Positions 18,140 through 26,955 of a stretch of DNA of 64,000 nt are shown here, piece after piece; the first letter of the stretch is position 1; each line of letters starts with the position of its first letter. The stretch spans positions 544,001 to 608,000 of the forward strand of contig CAXXUO010000001.1 of assembly GCA_963666485.2 (NCBI GenBank), given 5' to 3'. The DNA is from Syntrophorhabdaceae bacterium (GTDB taxonomy: Bacteria; Desulfobacterota; Syntrophorhabdia; Syntrophorhabdales; Syntrophorhabdaceae). The notes below the pieces were generated by a model. That model ran no database searches. It was not told the origin of the DNA and worked only from the letters and a program-made list of their open reading frames with translations. Position numbers and translations under genes: made by a program.

Positions 18140-20079
18140 GTCCTGCCCTCCTTTATTCCGTTCCCGGCATCGGATATTACCTCGAAAACGGTTAAGCGGT
18201 CCTTCTTTCCCTTCAGAGAGACCGCGCCGATACCGACCGTTTCAAACCTCCCTCCCAGCCGTTTGAGGGTTGCCTCGCCAATCAAAACCCTCCACGGCCG
18301 GCTCCGGTCGTCGGACGCCGATGCTCCCTCTTTTTGAAACCCTTCGAGGCGCGACGCAATATTGACCGTGTCCCCGATAACCGTGTATTCCATCCTCTCC
18401 GAGCTTCCGAGGCACCCGGCAACGATGGGCCCCGTAAATATTCCGATGCGTGTATAGGCTGACGGCAGGCCCCTTTTTTGCCATACGGCATTAAGCTTCA
18501 GGGTCGCATCCCCCATTTCAAGGGCGCAGAGCACTGCGCTCATCGCGTCGGCATTTATGTGGCTTTCGAGCTCTTTTTTCAGCGGGGCCCCGAAGATGGC
18601 CATGACAGAATCGCCGATATACTTGTTGATCGTCCCCCCGTGACTGATAATGACCGATCCCATCGCCTCCATGTATTCATTGAGCCAGTGAATGAGGACC
18701 TCCGGGTCGAGTTTTTCGGAGATCGAGGTAAAGCCTTTCAGATCGGTAAAAAGGATCGTCGCTATGAATTTCTGGGATGAAGGCCGTCCACCGGACATAA
18801 ATTTGTCCCGGTCTTTCCACAATTCCGCGGCGACACTTGCAGATACATGCTTTGAAAAAAGCTGCATCATGGATTCGCGTTCTGCCCTTTCGACGGTAGA
18901 GATATATGCCGTGATAAAGCCGGATGAAGCGAGGCAGGACATGAGCACCGGGATCACGGGCAGCCACCAGCCGGCAAGGAATGCGAGGAATGTGACCGCG
19001 GCGACTATGGCCAGGACACAGAAACCGGAGAGAAGGAAATGCCAGATCTTCCTTGTAAACAGCGTAAATATCCCGCCGAGCAAACCGGCGACGATTATCA
19101 GGACATATTCCAGCGATTCGGGGAAAAATCGCAGGGGCTTGCTCTCTCCCAGCGCAAAACGTATCAGCTGGGACGCCATGAATGCATGGATCTCGATACC
19201 GTACTGAAAATCCCGCGATGCCCCGAACCTGTTGATCGGCGTGTGAAAAATGTCCTTCAAACTTACCGCCGTTGAACCTATGATGACGATCTTGTTGGAA
19301 AATATCCCCGCGGGAACCTTTCTTTTCATAAGGTCATCCAGCATGATTGATTGAAACGGGGGACCCTTGTAATCGAGGATATACTGGTATCCCCGGGCAT
19401 CGATCCCGGCATATGCTGCGTCATATTCCCCGAGCGGTGTAAAGGTGGTCTTTCCTAACCTCATATGCGTCGGCTCCCTCGCATCGGGTTCCGGGACGAT
19501 CTTAAAATTTTTTAGATACTGCAATGCCAGAAGAAGCGATAACGAACTGTATACCGTCTTTCCGTCATCGAGGAAGAGAAGCCCCCGCCGGATCGCACCG
19601 TCCGGGTCCAGGATTATATCGTTAAAACCCACCCTCTCAGGATCCCGCAAGGAATATGGCCCGCCAACGCCCGGCTCCCGGTCGTCGCCCAGTTTTCTTA
19701 TAGCGAATACATTGGCCCTTTCGCGAAACACCTTTTCAAGCATTACCTTCCCCGGCGGGACTTGAATATCGCGAAGGATATCGAGGCCAATGGCCGACGG
19801 CTTATCCGCGGCGACCGAATCGAGCAGCACGGCCAGTTCACCATCCGTCATGGGCCAGTGCCCCAGGGCTTTTATGTCCCCTTCCGTTATTTTTACCAGT
19901 ATGATCCGGTCATTACGCACGCCGGGATCATACTGCAACCCGACGTAAAGATCGTAGCAAATAAGCTCTATGGGCTGGAGAATGCCGCTGAAGCGCACCA
20001 GTATTACGGAAAGCGATATCAGTGCGCTGGCGGCAAGAATGAAAAGAATGCGCGGCAGTCCCGTTCCGGGGAGATAGAT
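18136..20079 (-). CDS. CHASE2-domain membrane adenylate cyclase (class III)
   Basis: CHASE2 (IILVKITE...WPMTD...AIGLDILRD, DPDGAIRR, KIVIIGSTA, GIEIHA), 3 TM helices, cyclase LFTDLKGFT / INKYIGDSVMA / EYTVIGDTVNIASRLE. The first canonical start (GTG 19998) omits the N-terminal TM; an in-frame ATC at 20079 follows GGGAGG. Confidence 0.88.
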   Translation of the reverse strand: MYLPGTGLPRILFILAASALISLSVILVRFSGILQPIELICYDLYVGLQYDPGVRNDRIILVKITEGDIKALGHWPMTDGELAVLLDSVAADKPSAIGLDILRDIQVPPGKVMLEKVFRERANVFAIRKLGDDREPGVGGPYSLRDPERVGFNDIILDPDGAIRRGLLFLDDGKTVYSSLSLLLALQYLKNFKIVPEPDAREPTHMRLGKTTFTPLGEYDAAYAGIDARGYQYILDYKGPPFQSIMLDDLMKRKVPAGIFSNKIVIIGSTAVSLKDIFHTPINRFGASRDFQYGIEIHAFMASQLIRFALGESKPLRFFPESLEYVLIIVAGLLGGIFTLFTRKIWHFLLSGFCVLAIVAAVTFLAFLAGWWLPVIPVLMSCLASSGFITAYISTVERAERESMMQLFSKHVSASVAAELWKDRDKFMSGGRPSSQKFIATILFTDLKGFTSISEKLDPEVLIHWLNEYMEAMGSVIISHGGTINKYIGDSVMAIFGAPLKKELESHINADAMSAVLCALEMGDATLKLNAVWQKRGLPSAYTRIGIFTGPIVAGCLGSSERMEYTVIGDTVNIASRLEGFQKEGASASDDRSRPWRVLIGEATLKRLGGRFETVGIGAVSLKGKKDRLTVFEVISDAGNGIKEGRT

Positions 20080-20098
20080 GGCGGCCTCCCGTGACCGT

Positions 20099-22426
20099 CT
20101 ACAGCCAGTTCCCTACCAGGACAAAGGGGGCCCAATAACAGGGGTGCTGATAACGTTCACCCTTGAGCAGTTTCAGCTGGGCCTGCCGGAGTGCCTTTGC
20201 CTTCGAGAACGATCTGTCGGTCAAATTCCTGTAAAATTCCACGACGAGGTCCGAACTGGCCTGGTCGTTGATGTACCACAGTGTTGCAAGTGCACTGCGC
20301 GCCCCGGCCTTGACCGACAGGCCGGCAAGGCCGAGTGCTGCCCTGTCGTTCGTTGCCGCCGACTGGCAGGCGCTGAGTGTCAGCAGCTCGACGGGGTTTT
20401 TCCGGTACCGGCTCATCCCGACAAACTTTTCGAGCTGGTCCATGTTCAGTTTCTCGTTCCATGTCAGGATATACGTCTCCGCGGCATTCTCCGAGAACTC
20501 GCCATGCGAAGCTATGTGCACGATGGAAAACGGGGTCTTCCTGATCTCGTCGTTGATCAGGCTGGTCTCGAATTCCTTGTTCATAAGCGCCGTACTGCGG
20601 ACCAGCTTCCGGATCTCTTCAACTTCGTACGGCACGTAGGGAAGAGGCGAAAAACCCTGGACCCCGTCGGACAATCCTGCAATGAGCACATCGTCCTTTT
20701 CCCTTCCCCGCGGGGATGCGTCTACCAGGGTAAGGCCGGGCATCGTCACGGCCGCAAATCGCGTGATGAGGAAGTCCTTCCCGTCATGGAGCGCCGCAAA
20801 AGGCATAGTCCGGAGTGTCCCGTCCGGTACGAATATTATGGTGTCGACCTTCTGCGCAATAAGGTCCGCCTCGATGGGGCGCACCATCCAGTCGTACAGT
20901 TTCTGCCCGTGGACCATGTATTCACGGGATGTCCTGTTCTCGAGGGTGCGCCTGAACTGCCGTATCTCTTTCGCGACCGTGTCCCGGCCCAGGCCGACCG
21001 TGTATTTCCGGAAACCCCGGGGCAGGCCGGCAATGACCTCGATGCGGTCCGGGAGGGTTATAAAGTAAAAGATCGCACGGCCCGGGTGGACAAGATCGGC
21101 GTTGTCTATTTTGATTCGTTTGGCCGCCACGCAGCTGTTTTGAAAATAGTCCTGCAGCTCCGCCGCCCGCAGGAGCTCCACGGCCTGGATCGCTTCGAGA
21201 AGATAGGTCTCCGATTGCTTTTCGTCTCTTTTTGAGGCTGCTTCCTTCAGGAGAAGATTGACGAATTCCACGTAGATCGGCTCGGCGGAATCGGTGTATG
21301 TCGCCTGGTTGTAAATGCGGCAATCCCCCGAAAATTCGTACCGGATCGACTGGAGAACGTTGATGGTCTTGCGATACGCGAGAAGGGCCTCCTGTGCGTT
21401 GCCTGTCCGGACCATCAGCCGCGCGGTCTGCCAGTACCACCGGTACAGGGATTCAAGCGCCCCGGCGGCCTGCGCCTCGAAGATCGCCTGCCGGGTATAC
21501 CGCATCGCCGCATCGTAGTCGCCCTCGTTTTCGCTTAAAGCCCCGAGGTAGCCCGATGCGTACGAGAGGGAAACGTGGTCCTTTATCGGTTCCGCGCTCT
21601 TGAGTGCCCCATCGAGCGCCCTGCGCGCCTCCTTTGTCAGCTCCGCCTTCCGGTTGGGTGAACGTGATGCCAGTGCGGTGTACATCCGGGCGATCCCGAT
21701 AAGCCCGTATGCCTTGTCATGCGAATCCGGCAATGCCATGTGCCGTGCATACGCCGACCTGAGCGATGCCTCCGCGGACCTCACGTCATCCCGCGCGAGG
21801 GATGTACGGGCGGAATTCGACATGGCCCGTGCCGCGAGAAGATTATTTCCGGTGCGCACGGCTAGCTCATAGCTTCGCTGATAAAGCCCTGTGGCCTCGG
21901 CGTACTTCTTCTGGAGAAAAAGTAGGTTGCCTGTATTATTGAGCACCGCAGCCAGTGCTGCGTCATTTTTGGTTTCTTCCGCCAGGCGCTGTGCCTCTTC
22001 AAGTACTTTCGCGGCTTTGTCCAGATCGTTGGTCAGGAGATAGCTATTGCCGATATGGGCGAGAATGACCGCTTCCTTATCGTTCGGCTCCGTTTTCTTT
22101 GAAAGCCTGAGGGCCGTTTCCAGGCATTTCTGCGCGGCCCGGTAGTGCCCGAGGGAATTGTATGCCAGCGACAGGCTAAGCAGGACGTCCGCCTGTTCTT
22201 TCACCCGGCCGAGGTCCCCGAGAACTTTGTCGGCCTCGATCCCTCGTTTGATGGCGCCCGTAAAATCACCGTTCTTGAGTCCGTCGTTCATCTGTTCGAC
22301 AAGCTTTTCCGCCGCCGCAGTTTCCTTCGGCGCTTCGTTTTGCTGCACGTCTTCGGCCATGGCGGTACCTGAAAAGAAAAGGGCACATACGATGGCGATT
22401 ATAAATATATATTTCATGATTTTCAT
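20099..22426 (-). CDS. Exported TPR + CHAT (caspase-like) protease
   Basis: Signal peptide MKYIFIIAIVCALFFSGTAMA; multiple TPRs; CHAT motifs IFVPDGTLRTMPFAAL, VHIASHG (His), LTLSACQSA (Cys), ATLWYIND, HPCYWAPFVLVGNWL. Confidence 0.92.
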   Translation of the reverse strand: MKIMKYIFIIAIVCALFFSGTAMAEDVQQNEAPKETAAAEKLVEQMNDGLKNGDFTGAIKRGIEADKVLGDLGRVKEQADVLLSLSLAYNSLGHYRAAQKCLETALRLSKKTEPNDKEAVILAHIGNSYLLTNDLDKAAKVLEEAQRLAEETKNDAALAAVLNNTGNLLFLQKKYAEATGLYQRSYELAVRTGNNLLAARAMSNSARTSLARDDVRSAEASLRSAYARHMALPDSHDKAYGLIGIARMYTALASRSPNRKAELTKEARRALDGALKSAEPIKDHVSLSYASGYLGALSENEGDYDAAMRYTRQAIFEAQAAGALESLYRWYWQTARLMVRTGNAQEALLAYRKTINVLQSIRYEFSGDCRIYNQATYTDSAEPIYVEFVNLLLKEAASKRDEKQSETYLLEAIQAVELLRAAELQDYFQNSCVAAKRIKIDNADLVHPGRAIFYFITLPDRIEVIAGLPRGFRKYTVGLGRDTVAKEIRQFRRTLENRTSREYMVHGQKLYDWMVRPIEADLIAQKVDTIIFVPDGTLRTMPFAALHDGKDFLITRFAAVTMPGLTLVDASPRGREKDDVLIAGLSDGVQGFSPLPYVPYEVEEIRKLVRSTALMNKEFETSLINDEIRKTPFSIVHIASHGEFSENAAETYILTWNEKLNMDQLEKFVGMSRYRKNPVELLTLSACQSAATNDRAALGLAGLSVKAGARSALATLWYINDQASSDLVVEFYRNLTDRSFSKAKALRQAQLKLLKGERYQHPCYWAPFVLVGNWL

Positions 22427-22430
22427 ACCT

Positions 22431-25400
22431 TTACTGTATCGGGCTGGCCAGAAGGCCGCCGGGCTGCGGCGGCAGGCCATCCCGCCCTTTCATCACGAAG
22501 GTGCTCATCTCCTCCTCGTTCTCCGCGCAGGCCTTCGGCACCAGGGAAGCGAGGTTTAGAAACGTGTCCGGGAGATCCACCATGGTGGCGCTCACATCCA
22601 CATAGGGGGCACTGATGCCCACCGTGCCTGATAGGCCGAAGCTCGATGATGCGCTGACAATACTGTCCAAGCTCTGCAGGAAGACATCCGTGATGAGGCT
22701 GATGTGACCGCCTTCTCCATATACCGCATTCGCAATGATCTTACTGGCATTCTCGAGCACAACAGCGTCCGCAGCAATAAAGATATTTCCGCCGTTTCCG
22801 TATCCGCCGACACTTGCAGAAATGCTGCTATTGATAAGATGGAGAAGCCAGGGGTCTATCGTAATGTTGCCGCCGTCGGAGCTTACTGTTGCGGCGGTAA
22901 TGGAGCTGTCCCTCAATTCGATCAGGCCCGGGACTTTGATGCTAATGTTGCCTCCTGTGCCGGTGCCCTTGCTTTCTGTTGTGATCTTGGAGCCTGACGA
23001 AAGATAAAGGTCCGAGGACGCAACATTTATATTACCGCCATTTCCTGTCGAGCCGATGCCAGTATTGGCGTAAATGCCACTATTGTTGGATAGGTTTGCA
23101 GCCCCAGAGGCTGAAATATTTATTGATCCTCCGTGTCCAGCTCCCTGTGTTGTTGTAATAATGTCACCGGCATTTAATGTCATACTGCCCACAGCCATGT
23201 TTATACTCCCGGCGTTTCCGGAACCGGTTGTTGCCGCCTGGATAAAGCCGGTATTTCCGACATATAGGGAAGGAGTATTGATGGTTATGCTCCCGGCATT
23301 GCCTGTTCCGCTTGAATCGGCTCCAATTGAGCTTGACATATCAGAATTTTTTCCCGTTATAGTTACAGATTGGGTAGAAGCAATTTTGATTGATCCTCCT
23401 ATGCCCGAAGATTCCGTGGATGTATTTATTTGGCCTCCATTGTCTAGTAATAAAGTTCCTACATTGAGGCCTATGCTCCCCGCATTTCCTCCAGAACGCG
23501 TCATCGCTTGTATCCCACCTTGGTCCAGAACACTTAAAGAGGGACTGGATATCGAGATATTGCCTGCACTACCGGGGCCGACTGTATTTGCAACAATGCC
23601 GCTTTGCAGCCCCGTGGGGCTAATCCCCGACACAAGCATTCCCTGCGTTGCATTGATGTTGATGTGCCCGCCAGAACCAGAACCGATCGTTGATGCTACT
23701 ATCCTGCCACCGTCAACCAGTGACAATTCGCCCACGTTGAGGTCAATACCACCCGCATTGCCGGTAGATACTGCTCCAGCTTGGATGCCCGCATTAACAA
23801 TACTCAAAACGGGCGTGGTTACTGATATATTACCGCCATTTCCTATTCCCGCCGTCGTCGCGCCAAGGCTGCTTGGGGTGCCTGCGGCATCCTGACCCGC
23901 AATGTAGACAGAATTGCTTGCATTCACATTGATTGAACCGCCCGATCCCGATCCCATCAACATGGTCGATACAAAAGCCCCTCCCGTCACGTTCATGGTT
24001 CCGACATTTATGGTAATCGCACCCGGTTTGCCGGAACCAAACCCCGTTGATGAATCTATTACTGCGGTGTCGGCAACATTCAGGACAGGAGCGTATACGG
24101 TTATATTGCCCGCGTTTCCGTCATTCAAAGTACCTGCGTAAAGTCCGCTTCTGCCCGCTGTTCCCCATCCGGATATCGTGACTGCGCCCGTTGCATTAAC
24201 GCTTATCGAACCTCCGGTCCCCGGGCTCGCCGTCGCTGATGTCACTTTCCCGCCGTTGAGAATAGAGAGAGAACCGGTATTCAGGGTAAGATTGCCGGCA
24301 TTCCCCTGTCCTATTGTCATCGATTGTATATAGCCATTATCACCAATATATAAGGAAGGTGCCGCTATTGTCACATTCCCTGCGTTTCCGGAACCTGCGG
24401 CGGCAGACAAAATATAAGTGCCGGTGTCTGAGATAGAAGCAGACTTTGTTGCCGTAATATTTACGGAACCACCTGAACCGGCACTGTAAGTCGTTGTATC
24501 AATAGTGCTTTTATCAGAAAATGTGAAGTCCCCTGCGTTTATATTGACATCACCAGCTCGACTCGTATTCATTGAATAAGTTTTAATTGTACTGGAACCG
24601 AGGATATTGAGCCAATTGCCCGCGGAAAGACTTATAAGCCCGCCGGGGCCGGTTCCAGTCGTCAATACCCCGTCATCTGCTGTCGAATCAAGTACTGAAT
24701 GAGACAAATTGATCTTATCGGCGGCAAGAATAATATTTCCGGCAGGTGCACTTGTCCCCCGGTATGTGTATGAAGAAAACCTGCCTTGGGAAATGTCCAT
24801 TAGATCGCCCGCTATGGCAGTGATCGTACCCCCGGCACCTGTACCGGAATATGACGTCCATGCCCTGAAAGAGTCATCGGAAATTTTCATTGTTCCGGAC
24901 CGTAAGTAAATATTGCCGGAAGGGGCATTCGTAGAATGGTCCGAATAAGAATAAAATTTACTTGTCGAAATATCCATCGCTCCTGTTGATGTAAGAGAAA
25001 TTGACCCCGCAGCTCCGGTTCCGGACTTATATGATTCAGAATCAAACGTGCTTCCGGAAACTGTCATAGTCCCGGATTGAAGGTTTATAGCCCCAGCGGG
25101 AGCATTTGTGGAATAATTCGAATAAGAAGAAAATTTACTGGACGAAATATTCATAGAATCAGTTGCTGCGGCAGTGATTGACCCTCCTGATCCAGTACCG
25201 GAGCTATATGTGTCAGCATCAATCGTGCTTCCGGAAATTGTCATAGTCCCGGAATTCAAATTTATGCCTCCGGCGGGCGAATTGAGACCAGATAACGTAT
25301 ATGAATAAAGTTTGCTACCAGAAATATTCATCAACCCATCCGCGGTGACATTGATCGTTCCCGCCGGCCCAGCACCGCCGTATGTGTCCGCATCGAGTAC

Positions 25401-26870
25401 GCTACTGGTTAAATTTATTGATCCCCCTTTAAGCCTGATATTACCGGCCGGCCCACTCGAATATTCTGAATAGGTATCGATGTGACTGCTACCCGAAATG
25501 GTCATAGCACCCAGCGCTTCCGCACTAAATAATCCCCCCGACCCTGTGCCGGATTTATACGTAGTTGCGTCAATCAAGCTGCTTCCGATAATATTCAAGG
25601 ATCCGGCATTGAGGGTAATATTCCCGGCAGGCGCATTGGGAGCTTTATAGGTGTAAGATATTAGTGAGCTCCCCGAGATACTTGTTAAACCGCCAGAAGT
25701 CATATCGATTGTCCCGCCGGCACCCGTCCCATACGATGTGTCAGTGTCCAGTGTACTGTTCGTCAGGGTAATGGAATCGACTGCCTTCAGTGTGATTTTC
25801 CCGGCAGCCCCGGAAGCCCCGTAGCTGCTCGAATCGATATAACTGTTGGTGAGATTAACAGTATTCGAATCCAAAGTTGTATTTCCCGCTTTACCCGAAC
25901 AGTACAATGTATATGCGGACATACTACTTGAAACCAACGATATCGAACTGGTTGCCTTGATATTAATATCTCCAGAATTTCCTGAACCCGTTGTCGTTGT
26001 TTTTATTCTTCCTCCCGATATAAAAAACTGGCCTCCCTGGATGTATACTGCTCCGCCCGTTGTTCCATTTGTATCTACATCGCTCGTATATCCGGATGGA
26101 TAAGGATGCGCGGCCGTATTTCGCAGTATTTGAACATTACCGAGATTTGAGGAAACTTGCACTAAAGGGGGACCTGTAGAGATGCTAACTTCCCCGGGGG
26201 ATGCAACGCTGACGAGGCTTACCTGTCCCCTTTGCGCCCGAAGAACTGCGTTATCCACGGTAATATCGCCTCCGACCACCGACAGGTTCTTTCCCGCCGG
26301 CATGACGAGCTTTGTGTTGGGCTGAAAATTAATGGATGCAGGCGTCGTCGCCAGAAAACCGAAAGCCGACGGCGTGTCGGCGGTCAGGATATCCCCCGTC
26401 GATGAGTTCGCGTAATAACGCCCGCCCGTACCCAGCTTGATGTAGTCGGCGGTGCTCACATGAAAAGCTCCGCTTATGCTAAGAGAGGCGCTGGGGCCAA
26501 AAACGACACCGTTGGGATTAATGAGAAACATATTAGCCCCGGCGATAGTCGAAGCTAAAAGGCCGTTAATGTTCGATACATATGACGAACCAACCCCTGT
26601 GACGCGGGAAATAACGTTCTGAATGCCGGCAGGTCCGGAAAAGACCGCACTCTCAGTATTAGTTATTCCAAATTTAGAAAAGCTGTGAAAAAGGTTGTTC
26701 CCGAACTGTGTCCCCGCCGTTATGCCATAGGCGGGGCCAGCGGAGACCACGGTGCCCCTTGTCCCATCGGCGACGATGCTCTGTGCGGACACACCACCAT
26801 GGGTCAGGATGAAAAACAATAATGTGGCAACCGCGATTGCCATTCCTGTAGATCTTTTTATTGCTGTCAT
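22431..26870 (-). CDS. Filamentous haemagglutinin-like TpsA exoprotein 1 (about 1480 aa)
   Basis: Signal peptide; TPS domain NLFHSFSKF...NVISRVTG...SNINGLL...NMFLINPNGVVFG; Gly/Ser/Thr beta-helix repeats; C-terminal tail ...FVMKGRDGLPPQPG. Confidence 0.9.
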   Translation of the reverse strand: MTAIKRSTGMAIAVATLLFFILTHGGVSAQSIVADGTRGTVVSAGPAYGITAGTQFGNNLFHSFSKFGITNTESAVFSGPAGIQNVISRVTGVGSSYVSNINGLLASTIAGANMFLINPNGVVFGPSASLSISGAFHVSTADYIKLGTGGRYYANSSTGDILTADTPSAFGFLATTPASINFQPNTKLVMPAGKNLSVVGGDITVDNAVLRAQRGQVSLVSVASPGEVSISTGPPLVQVSSNLGNVQILRNTAAHPYPSGYTSDVDTNGTTGGAVYIQGGQFFISGGRIKTTTTGSGNSGDINIKATSSISLVSSSMSAYTLYCSGKAGNTTLDSNTVNLTNSYIDSSSYGASGAAGKITLKAVDSITLTNSTLDTDTSYGTGAGGTIDMTSGGLTSISGSSLISYTYKAPNAPAGNITLNAGSLNIIGSSLIDATTYKSGTGSGGLFSAEALGAMTISGSSHIDTYSEYSSGPAGNIRLKGGSINLTSSVLDADTYGGAGPAGTINVTADGLMNISGSKLYSYTLSGLNSPAGGINLNSGTMTISGSTIDADTYSSGTGSGGSITAAATDSMNISSSKFSSYSNYSTNAPAGAINLQSGTMTVSGSTFDSESYKSGTGAAGSISLTSTGAMDISTSKFYSYSDHSTNAPSGNIYLRSGTMKISDDSFRAWTSYSGTGAGGTITAIAGDLMDISQGRFSSYTYRGTSAPAGNIILAADKINLSHSVLDSTADDGVLTTGTGPGGLISLSAGNWLNILGSSTIKTYSMNTSRAGDVNINAGDFTFSDKSTIDTTTYSAGSGGSVNITATKSASISDTGTYILSAAAGSGNAGNVTIAAPSLYIGDNGYIQSMTIGQGNAGNLTLNTGSLSILNGGKVTSATASPGTGGSISVNATGAVTISGWGTAGRSGLYAGTLNDGNAGNITVYAPVLNVADTAVIDSSTGFGSGKPGAITINVGTMNVTGGAFVSTMLMGSGSGGSINVNASNSVYIAGQDAAGTPSSLGATTAGIGNGGNISVTTPVLSIVNAGIQAGAVSTGNAGGIDLNVGELSLVDGGRIVASTIGSGSGGHININATQGMLVSGISPTGLQSGIVANTVGPGSAGNISISSPSLSVLDQGGIQAMTRSGGNAGSIGLNVGTLLLDNGGQINTSTESSGIGGSIKIASTQSVTITGKNSDMSSSIGADSSGTGNAGSITINTPSLYVGNTGFIQAATTGSGNAGSINMAVGSMTLNAGDIITTTQGAGHGGSINISASGAANLSNNSGIYANTGIGSTGNGGNINVASSDLYLSSGSKITTESKGTGTGGNISIKVPGLIELRDSSITAATVSSDGGNITIDPWLLHLINSSISASVGGYGNGGNIFIAADAVVLENASKIIANAVYGEGGHISLITDVFLQSLDSIVSASSSFGLSGTVGISAPYVDVSATMVDLPDTFLNLASLVPKACAENEEEMSTFVMKGRDGLPPQPGGLLASPIQ
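24610..25500 (-). repeat. Degenerate 177-bp (59-aa) tandem repeats inside TpsA1
   Basis: GAAAT(A/G)T(T/C)CAT recurs at 24790, 24967, 25144 and 25321, a period of exactly 177. Boundaries are approximate. Confidence 0.8.
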
Positions 26871-26955
26871 AGGGAATCTCCTTTTGCAGGAACCCAAGGA
26901 CAAAATGGAAATTAAAACCCTGTTCTACGAAGAAACTGGAACATCTCTCACACCC

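Noticed and set aside
20078..21235. Long antisense ORFs (e.g. 20078..21235, 29995..31176, 40289..41383, 14672..15562, 8582..9040, 6694..7107)
   Set aside because: Shadow frames of well-supported genes in GC-rich DNA, with no recognisable motifs.
20099..22426. CHAT protein as part of a Craspase, gasdermin or other anti-phage module
   Set aside because: No cas genes, CRISPR array or gasdermin-like gene in the window, and the protein has an export signal.
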